NCBI GenBank assembly: GCA_964589025.1
Contig: CAZPSB010000001.1
Span: forward strand, 1 to 37,387
DNA from: an uncultured Jannaschia sp.
GTDB lineage: Bacteria > Pseudomonadota > Alphaproteobacteria > Rhodobacterales > Rhodobacteraceae
Direction of reading: 5' to 3'
Length of the DNA stretch: 37,387 nt
Shown here piece by piece: positions 19,087 to 27,347 of this stretch. Under the pieces are notes generated by a model. It did not search any database and was not told the origin of the DNA. It was given only the letters and a program-made list of their open reading frames with translations. The first letter of the stretch is position 1. Each line of letters opens with the position of its first letter. A program made the translations under genes and the position numbers.

Positions 19087-20940
19087 ATGTCACTTGATAC
19101 ACCCCATATACGCCCTGTCATTCGCCAATTGGATGAGGCCGCGATTAACCGTATCGCAGCCGGTGAGGTCGTGGAACGCCCCGCCAGTGCGGTGAAAGAA
19201 CTGGTAGAAAACGCGCTGGATGCCGGGGCCACGCGCATCACGATTGATATCGCCGCAGGCGGCAAGGCGTTGATCCGTGTCACCGATGATGGGTGCGGCA
19301 TGACCGCCGATGATTTGCCCTTGGCATTATCGCGTCATGCCACATCAAAAATTGATGGCAGCGATTTACAGATGATCCATAGTTTTGGCTTTAGGGGCGA
19401 AGCCTTACCTTCCCTTGGGGCCGTGGGGCGCCTGACCATCACCAGCCGCCCCGCAGATAGTGATAAAGCCCATCAAATGACCGTCACGGGCGGTGATATC
19501 GCGCCGGTACGCCCCGCCGCCCTTGGTCGCGGCACGGTGGTGGAATTGAAAGATCTGTTTTACGCCACACCCGCGCGGTTGAAATTTCTGCGATCAGACC
19601 GGGCCGAAATGCAGGCCATTACCGATGTGATCAAACGTTTGGCCATGGCTGAACCCGGCGTGGGGTTCATTTTGCGCGATGTCAATCAGGGTGCGGCGCG
19701 CGTGATTTTTCGTGCCGATCCTGAAAATGGTGATTTCTTTGATGCGCTGCGCAATCGGTTGCGTGCCATTTTGGGCCGCGATTTCATTGAAAATGCCCTG
19801 CCGATTGATACCGAACGCGATGGTCTGCGCCTAAATGGATATGCGGCGTTGCCAACCTATTCCCGGGGGGCGGCGGTGGCGCAGTTTATATTTGTCAATG
19901 GCCGCCCGGTGCGCGACCGTGTTTTGACGGGGGCCTTGCGCGCGGCCTATAGCGATGTGCTTTCGCGGGATCGTCACCCGGTTGCGGCCTTGTTTTTGGG
20001 GTGTGACCCCAAGGAAATCGATGTCAATGTGCATCCCGCAAAATCCGAGGTCAGGTTCAAAGACCCCGGTCTTGTGCGCGGATTGATCATTACCGGGCTG
20101 CGCCATGGATTGGCCGGGGCTGGGCATCGGGCGTCATCCACCCTATCGGGGGGCATGTTGGGTCGGTTTCAGCGACAAGGCGATGATAAGACCCCGCCCC
20201 GCCCAAATGCGGCCCTCTATCAGGCCCAACCGCCATCACATGGTGCCATTCGGCGCGCACAAGATTGGCAAAGCCCCGGTTTTGCCGATGGCGCGGCGCA
20301 GCAAGATTGGGCGGTTGCGCCATCGTCGGGGCATATGCCTTTGGCTGAACCGCAGGCGCAGGCCTTTCCCTTGGGCGCGGCGCAGGCGCAAATTCACCAA
20401 AACTATATTTTGGCGCAAACCCAATCGGGCCTGGTGATTGTGGATCAACACGCCGCGCATGAACGGTTGGTGTATGAAAAACTAAAACAACAAGCCGCTG
20501 AAAATGGTATCGCGCGGCAGGCTTTGTTGATCCCCGAAATTGTGACGCTTGGCACCAGCGCCGAGGTTATTTTATCGCATGCCGATGATCTGGCAGATTT
20601 GGGTTTGGTGATTGAATCCTTTGGCCCCGGCACGGTGGCGGTGCGTGAAACGCCTGCGATTTTGGGTGTGGTGGATGCCGAAAATTTGTTAAATGACATA
20701 TTGGATGAAATCACCGATTTAGGCGAAAGCGGCAAGTTGAAATCGCGGATTGATGCGGTACTAAGCCGGGTGGCTTGTCATGGGTCTATCCGATCGGGGC
20801 GGCGGATGACCGGCGAAGAAATGAACGCGCTTTTGCGCGAAATGGAGGCCACGCCCCTAGCCGGGCAATGCAACCATGGGCGACCCACCTATATTGAATT
20901 GAAATTGTCCGATATTGAACATCTGTTTGGCCGCAGCTGA
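19087..20940 (+). CDS. mutL: DNA mismatch repair endonuclease MutL
   Basis: GHKL ATPase N-terminus (AAGEVVERPASAVKELVENALDAG), endonuclease motif DQHAAHERLVYE, and C-terminal CNHGRPT. Confidence 0.97.
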   Translation: MSLDTPHIRPVIRQLDEAAINRIAAGEVVERPASAVKELVENALDAGATRITIDIAAGGKALIRVTDDGCGMTADDLPLALSRHATSKIDGSDLQMIHSFGFRGEALPSLGAVGRLTITSRPADSDKAHQMTVTGGDIAPVRPAALGRGTVVELKDLFYATPARLKFLRSDRAEMQAITDVIKRLAMAEPGVGFILRDVNQGAARVIFRADPENGDFFDALRNRLRAILGRDFIENALPIDTERDGLRLNGYAALPTYSRGAAVAQFIFVNGRPVRDRVLTGALRAAYSDVLSRDRHPVAALFLGCDPKEIDVNVHPAKSEVRFKDPGLVRGLIITGLRHGLAGAGHRASSTLSGGMLGRFQRQGDDKTPPRPNAALYQAQPPSHGAIRRAQDWQSPGFADGAAQQDWAVAPSSGHMPLAEPQAQAFPLGAAQAQIHQNYILAQTQSGLVIVDQHAAHERLVYEKLKQQAAENGIARQALLIPEIVTLGTSAEVILSHADDLADLGLVIESFGPGTVAVRETPAILGVVDAENLLNDILDEITDLGESGKLKSRIDAVLSRVACHGSIRSGRRMTGEEMNALLREMEATPLAGQCNHGRPTYIELKLSDIEHLFGRS

Positions 20941-20968
20941 TCAGGATGTGAACCACAAAGGGTTTGTC

Positions 20969-22300
20969 ATGCTGCCTTTAATGATTGAAATAATTGCCGC
21001 CGTTATTTTGCTGGCCGTCATCATCGGGTTGATTGTGGCGCGAAACCAATTGCACGCGGCCAAGGCGCAATTGCAAACTGCCACGGCCCAAGCGCAGGAT
21101 TTGCGCAATCGTATTGACATCCAAGATCAGGAATTGGCCGATTTGCGCAGCGCCCATACCGGGCTTGTGGCGGATAAGGCGCGCCTTGATGCGGAATTGG
21201 CCGCCGAAAAACAAGGCGCTGCCCAAAACGCCAAGACATTGCAAGATATGCGTGATGAATTGCTGCGTGATTTCAAAGACCTATCGGCGCAAGGGTTGAA
21301 AGCCCAAAGCGAAGAAATGGCCCGCCGCAACAAAGACACGTTGGAATCAACCTTAAAACCGTTGAAAGAACATGTTGGCCTGTTTCAAACCGATCTCAAA
21401 CGTATGTTTGATGATGGCCAAAAAGACCGCGCCGCCTTGCGTGCCGAATTGAAACATCTGACGGAACAATCGAAAAAAATTTCCGATGATGCATTGGCGT
21501 TGACGCGCGCCTTGAAATCCGACCAACAAAAACAGGGCGCTTGGGGGGAAATGGTTTTGGAAACCATTTTGGAAAAATCCGGTCTGCGCAAAGGCGAAGA
21601 ATATGAAACCCAATTGTCGCAAAAAGGCGAAGATGGCACGCGGTATCGCCCCGATGTGGTTGTGCGCCTGCCCAATGACCGCAGCATGGTGATTGACAGC
21701 AAAGTGTCGCTGACCGCCTATGTCGATGTGGTGAATGCAGGTGATGCAGATCAGGAAACCGAGGCGCGCAAACGGCATTTGGCGTCATTGCGCAATCATA
21801 TCAAAGGGTTGTCTTCTAAAAACTATCATATGCTGGATGCGACATCCGGTGATTATGTGATTATGTTTATCCCCATTGAGGGCGCCCTGTCCGAGGCTCT
21901 GCGCGATGATGGGGCGTTGACCGAATACGCCATTGATCACAACATTACCATCGCCACGCCCACAACCTTGATGATGGCGTTAAAAACCGTGAACAATGTC
22001 TGGGCGGTGGAACGGCGTAACCGCAATGCCGAAGATATCGCAAAACGGGCTGGATTATTATATGATAAAGTGTCTGGTTTTGTTGAAAACATGAAAGATG
22101 TGGGCGCGCATCTGGACAAATCAAAAACCGCGCATGACAAGGCGATGGGGCAGCTTGCCACCGGGCGGGGCAATGTGTTGTCACAGGTGGAAACCTTGAA
22201 AGATTTAGGCGCGCGGGCCAGTAAATCTATCACTGCCGAATTTGACCATCACCCCCCTTTGCCCCAAATCGCCGATCCGGGGCCGGGGGATGGGGTATAA
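20969..22300 (+). CDS. rmuC: DNA recombination protein RmuC
   Basis: N-terminal TM, a long coiled-coil and a conserved C-terminal nuclease-like region (RPDVVVRLPNDRSMVIDSK, FIPIEGA). ATG 20969 avoids overlap with mutL. Confidence 0.9.
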   Translation: MLPLMIEIIAAVILLAVIIGLIVARNQLHAAKAQLQTATAQAQDLRNRIDIQDQELADLRSAHTGLVADKARLDAELAAEKQGAAQNAKTLQDMRDELLRDFKDLSAQGLKAQSEEMARRNKDTLESTLKPLKEHVGLFQTDLKRMFDDGQKDRAALRAELKHLTEQSKKISDDALALTRALKSDQQKQGAWGEMVLETILEKSGLRKGEEYETQLSQKGEDGTRYRPDVVVRLPNDRSMVIDSKVSLTAYVDVVNAGDADQETEARKRHLASLRNHIKGLSSKNYHMLDATSGDYVIMFIPIEGALSEALRDDGALTEYAIDHNITIATPTTLMMALKTVNNVWAVERRNRNAEDIAKRAGLLYDKVSGFVENMKDVGAHLDKSKTAHDKAMGQLATGRGNVLSQVETLKDLGARASKSITAEFDHHPPLPQIADPGPGDGV

Positions 22301-22301
22301 A

Positions 22302-23000
22302 TTAGCCGTCATGTGGGGGAATAGTGGCCCCTTTTTGTACCGCAGCGCGGCCCATGAACCGATCAAGATAGGCCGGAATATGGGTTAGATCAGACCATCC
22401 GACGATATCTTTGGCCCCGTAAAAATCCAACGCGGTCAACCATGGGGCGATGGCAATATCGGCGATAGAATAATCGCCCGCGATCCAATCTTGGCCTTCC
22501 AGTTGGTTTTCGACAACGGCTAAAATGCGCTTGGCCTCGATCACGAATCTTTCGCGCGGGCGGGGGTCTTGGATTTCTGATCCGGCGAATTTGTGGAAAT
22601 AGCCCAATTGCCCGAACATCGGGCCAAGCCCACCCATTTGAAACATCACCCATTTGATTACATGGTATTTATCCGCCTCTGTTGCCCCCAATAGACGCCC
22701 GGTTTTTTCGGCCAGATAAATCAAAATGGCACCGGATTCAAACAGGCCAATCGGTTGCCCATCAGGGCCGTTTGGGTCAATCAAGGCCGGGATTTTGTTA
22801 TTGGGGTTCAGCGACAGGAATTCTGCACTTTTGACATCCTCATCCGATAGGGTGATGCGGTGGGCTTCGTAAGCGAGGCCCAATTCCTCTAATGCGATGG
22901 AAATTTTCACACCATTAGGCGTTGGGAACGAATAAAGCTGTATGATATCAGGGTTTTGCGCGGGCCAGCGCGCCGTGATGGGGAAATGTTCCAATGCCAT
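22302..23000 (-). CDS. Glutathione S-transferase, Nu class (YfcG/YghU-like)
   Basis: LYSFPTPNGVKISIALEE..., LSLNPNNKIPALIDPNGPDGQPIGLFESGAILIYLAEKTG closely follows the E. coli YfcG pattern. Confidence 0.85.
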   Translation of the reverse strand: MALEHFPITARWPAQNPDIIQLYSFPTPNGVKISIALEELGLAYEAHRITLSDEDVKSAEFLSLNPNNKIPALIDPNGPDGQPIGLFESGAILIYLAEKTGRLLGATEADKYHVIKWVMFQMGGLGPMFGQLGYFHKFAGSEIQDPRPRERFVIEAKRILAVVENQLEGQDWIAGDYSIADIAIAPWLTALDFYGAKDIVGWSDLTHIPAYLDRFMGRAAVQKGATIPPHDG

Positions 23001-23077
23001 TATGACCGATCCTTTTATGATATATCACACCCGAACATACGCCCATTGTGATGGCGCGCAACCTGTTCAAAACGCTG

Positions 23078-23716
23078 TTAGATGCCGATAAAGGGTTGCA
23101 CCATACGCGGGATCATACCTTGAAACCGCACGGGGGCTTCGGTGGCGATCAGGCAAATGCAATCTTGGCCGGTTTCGGCGATAGGGGCGTGATCATCATG
23201 ATCATCAGCAATTTCAAGATCCCCCCGTGCGAATCGGGCGTCATCATCTGTGAATGCGCCTTGTAAAACAAGGGTCAATTCCGTTCCGCGATGGGTATGT
23301 TTTGGCATGGCCTGCCCGCCAGGGATCGCCAATAACCGGGCCGATCCGCCATCATCGGCGCAAATCACACTTTGCCTGACACCCATACCGACAGGGCGCC
23401 ATTTTACCGCCGTTTCATCCCCGCCAATGGCCTGCTGTAAGGGCGTGGGGAATAGGCCGGTTTTGCGGGTGGCAGGGCGTGGCGCAGGGGCCATTTCCGC
23501 AATACGCGCCAAGGTGTCATCCAACGCGCCATCGGCCATATCAACGCAATCCATATCGTTTATAATGGCCCCGCCCAAGGCTTCATACCCGCCAAGGCGG
23601 GCGCGCGCATCATCCGATAGCGATACATGTGTGGCCACCACAAGTTCAAAGGCGCGCGGCAATGTGCCTGCGGCGTAACTTAGTAAAATCGCATCTGATA
23701 CGGTGTGCTGTACCAC
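23078..23716 (-). CDS. chrR: Anti-sigma-E factor ChrR (N-terminal anti-sigma domain plus C-terminal cupin); variant lacking the ZAS cysteines
   Basis: Strong resemblance to R. sphaeroides ChrR (HxVSDAxLxxYAAGTL...VVATH.SL). The cupin HTHRGTE motif is present. The GTG start is 1 nt after the rpoE stop. Confidence 0.9.
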   Translation of the reverse strand: MVQHTVSDAILLSYAAGTLPRAFELVVATHVSLSDDARARLGGYEALGGAIINDMDCVDMADGALDDTLARIAEMAPAPRPATRKTGLFPTPLQQAIGGDETAVKWRPVGMGVRQSVICADDGGSARLLAIPGGQAMPKHTHRGTELTLVLQGAFTDDDARFARGDLEIADDHDDHAPIAETGQDCICLIATEAPVRFQGMIPRMVQPFIGI

Positions 23717-23717
23717 T

Positions 23718-24284
23718 TTAATCTCCGCGCGTCGTTTTCATTGTATGACGCAATCTTTCCATTGCCAATCTAATGCGCGATTTGATCGTGCCAAGGGGCA
23801 ATCCGGTTTTATCGGATATTTCTTGATGTGATAAATCGCCAAAATAGGCCTGTTTGATCATATCTTGCTGCGTGCGAGGTAGATCGCCAATTGCCTGTGT
23901 CAATACATGCGCCATTTCGCGTTGTGCAATCACATCGGCCTGATCTGGCGCGGCCTCGGGGCCCCAAGGCAAGATATCGGGGTCTTGGCGGGTGGATTTG
24001 CGCAACAGATCAATCTTGCGATTGCGCGCGATGGTAAAGATCCATGCCGCGGGTGTGGCGCGCGCAGGGTCATATAGGTGTGCCTTGTGCCATAAGGTGG
24101 CCATCACGTCTTGGGTGCAATCTTCGGCCATGGTATGATCAAGGCCGGATTTCATCAAAAAGGCCTTGATGCGTGGGGCAAAATGATGAAACAGCGCGGC
24201 AAAGGCCGTTTGATCCTGCGCGTTTGCAATGGCTAGGATATGGTCCTGCCAGACAGTGTCGTCTCTGTCTTTTTGGGGTGCCAA
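23718..24284 (-). CDS. rpoE: ECF sigma factor, RpoE (sigma-E) of the ChrR-regulated type
   Basis: Regions 2 and 4 (FHHFAPRIKAFLMK, DVMATLWHKAHLYDP, WIFTIARNRKID, GLPLGTIKSRIRLA) closely resemble R. sphaeroides RpoE. The only in-frame start that keeps region 2 is TTG at 24284. Confidence 0.9.
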   Translation of the reverse strand: MAPQKDRDDTVWQDHILAIANAQDQTAFAALFHHFAPRIKAFLMKSGLDHTMAEDCTQDVMATLWHKAHLYDPARATPAAWIFTIARNRKIDLLRKSTRQDPDILPWGPEAAPDQADVIAQREMAHVLTQAIGDLPRTQQDMIKQAYFGDLSHQEISDKTGLPLGTIKSRIRLAMERLRHTMKTTRGD

Positions 24285-24404
24285 AATCCGGGCCTTTCAT
24301 TTTTACGCGCGTGATTTTGCGTGCATTAGTTTATGATCAATGGCGCAATAGCGCGCCGGAATCAAGCATACATGATAGCGATGCCCGCATATGTGGTGTA
24401 TCTT

Positions 24405-24430
24405 TGATCCAAACCCAACCTTTGAACGTA
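24405..24430 (+). promoter_or_regulatory. Sigma-E (RpoE/ChrR-type ECF) promoter candidate: TGATCC-N16-CGTA
   Basis: TGATCC at 24405-24410, a 16-nt spacer, then CGTA at 24427-24430, about 33 nt upstream of the GTG start at 24463. It matches the R. sphaeroides sigma-E target consensus as I remember it. This was the only such match I found scanning both strands by eye. Confidence 0.6.
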
Positions 24431-24462
24431 TTTTAAATAAACGAATTAATAAGGATAAAATC

Positions 24463-25755
24463 GTGCCATTTGAAACACCTGATTACCCCCGCCGCCGCAT
24501 TGCCATTATTGGGGCGGGCATTTCCGGCATGGGCGCGGCCTATCATTTGGCCGATGCCCATGATGTGACCTTGTTTGAGGCCGCCGCGCGCCTTGGTGGG
24601 CATGCGCGCACGATTTATGCCGGGCAATCGGGCCAGCAACCCGTCGATACTGGGTTTATCGTGTTTAATTTCGCCAATTACCCGCATTTAACTAAATTAT
24701 TTGCCGATCTGGATGTGCCTATCACCCCATCCGACATGAGCTTTGCCGCCTCGATCAATGGGGGGCGGTTTGAATATGGGTTGCATAATCTGCGGTCGTT
24801 ATTTGCGCAGCCAAAAAACGCAGCCAACCCAAAATTCCTGCGCATGTTGCGCGATATCATGCGCTTTAACACCAAAGCACAGCATCTGGCCCAAGATACC
24901 CGCCTGAGCATGGGGGAATTTCTGGATGATCTAAAGGTCGGGCCTTGGTTCAAAGATTACTATCTAACGCCCTTATCGGGGGCGATTTGGTCAACCCCAA
25001 AAGAACAAATCATGGAATTTCCCGCACAGGCCATGATCCAGTTTTTCCGCAATCATCATTTGATGCAATTATCGGGCCAACATCAATGGTGGACAGTCAA
25101 AGGCGGGTCGATTGAATATGTGAACCGTCTTGAGGCCGCCTTGCGCAAAAAAGGCGCCCATATCATGTTATCGGCCCCCATTTCCACGGTGCGCCGTTCC
25201 CCCCAAGGGGTTGGGGTGATGCAGGCCGGGGCGTGGCATTATTTCGATGATGTTATTTTTGCCACCCATTCCGACGATAGCCTTGCGCTTTTGGCTGATC
25301 CCACGCCAGATGAACGCGCGGCCTTGGGCGCGGTGCGCTATCAACCCAATGAAATTATCCTGCATGCCGATCCGCGCGCCATGCCAAAACGTAAAATCAC
25401 CTGGTCAAGTTGGAATTACACCGAACGCCCCGGCTATCAGGGCGGGCCGATTGATTTGACCTATTGGATGAACCGCCTGCAACCTATTCCCAAAAATGAC
25501 CCTTTATTTGTAACGCTAAATAGTCGCGGGCCGATTGATGATAAATTGATTTATGACACAAATACGTTTCATCACCCGGTTTATGATTTGCCCGCACTTG
25601 CGGCCCAAAAAACCATTGCGGCAATGAATGGCCAAAACGCCACATGGTATTGCGGGGCATGGATGAAAAACGGATTTCACGAAGATGGGTATGGTTCGGC
25701 CCTAGATGTGGTTGCGGGATTATCGGCTAAATATCAGGCCGTGTTGGCCGCATGA
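24463..25755 (+). CDS. FAD/NAD(P)-binding amine-oxidase-like oxidoreductase (likely homolog of R. sphaeroides RSP1091/UfaD fatty-acid desaturase)
   Basis: Rossmann motif IAIIGAGISGMGAAYHL, and divergent from rpoE exactly as in R. sphaeroides. I chose GTG 24463 (AAGGA upstream), because the track's ATG 24391 would place the candidate promoter inside the ORF. Confidence 0.8.
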   Translation: MPFETPDYPRRRIAIIGAGISGMGAAYHLADAHDVTLFEAAARLGGHARTIYAGQSGQQPVDTGFIVFNFANYPHLTKLFADLDVPITPSDMSFAASINGGRFEYGLHNLRSLFAQPKNAANPKFLRMLRDIMRFNTKAQHLAQDTRLSMGEFLDDLKVGPWFKDYYLTPLSGAIWSTPKEQIMEFPAQAMIQFFRNHHLMQLSGQHQWWTVKGGSIEYVNRLEAALRKKGAHIMLSAPISTVRRSPQGVGVMQAGAWHYFDDVIFATHSDDSLALLADPTPDERAALGAVRYQPNEIILHADPRAMPKRKITWSSWNYTERPGYQGGPIDLTYWMNRLQPIPKNDPLFVTLNSRGPIDDKLIYDTNTFHHPVYDLPALAAQKTIAAMNGQNATWYCGAWMKNGFHEDGYGSALDVVAGLSAKYQAVLAA

Positions 25756-26519
25756 GGCCGCAGGTTGATCATATTGCCGGGTCAACATTTCATGGTCGGG
25801 CGGGGGTGGTGAAAAACGCCTTTCGCTATGGCATTGATTACGTGATGTTGAATGCCGAGGCTACATCCCTTGATGCGCCATCGTGTTTTGGTCGCAATGC
25901 GCGCGGCATCTTATCGTTATGGGATTGTGACCATGGCGGGCCTGTGGGCCAAGGGCGGGGGGCGGTTTGGGCGCGCGACGTTCTGGCGCAATATGGATTA
26001 GCGGGGGTTACATCCGGGGCGCTGATGTTGTTGGCGCAGCCGCGCACATTGGGCCATGTGTTCAACCCGGTGTCGTTTTGGGTGGCTTATGATGACGCCG
26101 CCCAAATTCGTGCTATCATCGCCGAGGTCACCAATACATTTGGTGATCGCCATTGTTATTTATGTTTTCACGATGATCACCGCCCCATTACCCGCCATGA
26201 TGAATTGCATGCGAAAAAGATTTTCCATGTTTCCCCGTTCCAAGATATCGCAGGTGATTACCGGTTTCGGTTTGATATCCGCGATGATCGTATCGGCATT
26301 TGGATCGCATATTCGGCCAATCAAAATGGGGTATTTGCCACCTTGACGGGCACAAGGCGACGGCTAGATTTCAGGGGCATGATCATGGCTATGATCCGCC
26401 GGCCTTTGGGCGCACGGCGCGTTTTGGCCTTGATTCACTGGCAGGCTTTGAAATTATGGTGGAAAGGCGCGCCTTATCGCGCGCGCCCCGTCCCGCCAAG
26501 GCAGGGCATATCACGCTAA
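25752..26519 (+). CDS. DUF1365 family protein (likely homolog of RSP1090/UfaO)
   Basis: 255 aa with a DUF1365-like N-terminus (FHGR...NAFRYGIDYVML) and ATGA overlap with the upstream oxidoreductase. The UfaO equivalence is from memory of the furan fatty acid literature. Confidence 0.7.
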   Translation: MRPQVDHIAGSTFHGRAGVVKNAFRYGIDYVMLNAEATSLDAPSCFGRNARGILSLWDCDHGGPVGQGRGAVWARDVLAQYGLAGVTSGALMLLAQPRTLGHVFNPVSFWVAYDDAAQIRAIIAEVTNTFGDRHCYLCFHDDHRPITRHDELHAKKIFHVSPFQDIAGDYRFRFDIRDDRIGIWIAYSANQNGVFATLTGTRRRLDFRGMIMAMIRRPLGARRVLALIHWQALKLWWKGAPYRARPVPPRQGISR

Positions 26520-26559
26520 GGGTTCGCCAATAGAATTGGCATAATGACAGGGTATCACA

Positions 26560-27291
26560 ATGCGAGATTGGGGCAATAAACGATACTGGCTGGTGGGCGC
26601 ATCCGAAGGGTTGGGCAAATCGCTTGCCCATACCCTAAGCCGGGCCGGTGTCGAATTGATTTTATCCGCCAGATCCGAGGATAAATTAAATGATCTGGCC
26701 TCTGAATTGCCGGGCCGGTCAAGTGTGGTTTGCTTGGATATAGGCGATGGGTCAAGTGTGGCCGAGGCGGCCCAAAAAATCGGTGATATTGACGGTATGG
26801 TCTTTTTAGCCGGGGTTTATTGGCCGATGCAGGCCCAAAATTGGAACGCAAATCAGGCCGAAACGATGTTGGATATAAACCTGATCGGCGCGGCGCGTGT
26901 TTTGGGGCAAGTGGTGCCAAAATTCGTTGAAAAAAACGCGGGCCATATTGTCTTAACCGGCAGCCTATCAGGGTTTCGGGGCCTGCCCGGTGCGATTGGA
27001 TATTCGGCCTCAAAGGCGGGGCTGATGTCTTTGGCGGAATCTTTAGATGGTGATTTGCGTGATACCGAAATTGATGTGCAATTGATCAATCCAGGTTTCA
27101 TCAAAACCCGTCTGACCGATAAAAACGAATTTTCCATGCCCTTTATCATGGAACCCGAACAAGCGGCGCAAATCTTTTTCGATCATATGAACACAGATCG
27201 GTTTACACGCAGTTTTCCCACCTTGTTTAGCCTTGTGTTTCGCCTAAGCCAATTTTTGCCGCATGGCCTATATCGGCGGTTGTTTTTTTAA
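26560..27291 (+). CDS. SDR family NAD(P)-dependent oxidoreductase
   Basis: VGASEGLGKS cofactor motif and the catalytic YSASK. It is the last gene of the operon divergent from rpoE. Confidence 0.85.
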   Translation: MRDWGNKRYWLVGASEGLGKSLAHTLSRAGVELILSARSEDKLNDLASELPGRSSVVCLDIGDGSSVAEAAQKIGDIDGMVFLAGVYWPMQAQNWNANQAETMLDINLIGAARVLGQVVPKFVEKNAGHIVLTGSLSGFRGLPGAIGYSASKAGLMSLAESLDGDLRDTEIDVQLINPGFIKTRLTDKNEFSMPFIMEPEQAAQIFFDHMNTDRFTRSFPTLFSLVFRLSQFLPHGLYRRLFF

Positions 27292-27296
27292 CAAAA

Positions 27297-27322
27297 CAGG
27301 CGCCCCCGGATGGGGACGCCTG
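27297..27322 (-). terminator. Intrinsic terminator for the first OMP gene (hairpin plus U-tract on the minus strand)
   Basis: CAGGCGCCCC / GGGGACGCCTG stem (10 bp, one mismatch, 4-nt loop). On the minus-strand RNA it is followed by UGUUUUGUU. It sits between the convergent SDR and OMP genes. Confidence 0.6.
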
Positions 27323-27347
27323 CGTAAACGGATGGATCGTATGGCGT

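Noticed and set aside
24391-24462. Longest-ORF N-terminal extension of the FAD oxidoreductase. There are analogous extensions for ftsE, accA, pgsA, purH, rmuC, ETF-QO, ispB, the OMP genes, DUF1674 and DUF3035.
   Set aside because: The extensions overlap upstream genes, promoters or RBSs and add non-conserved residues ahead of the canonical family N-termini. Internal starts with Shine-Dalgarno-like sequences were preferred.
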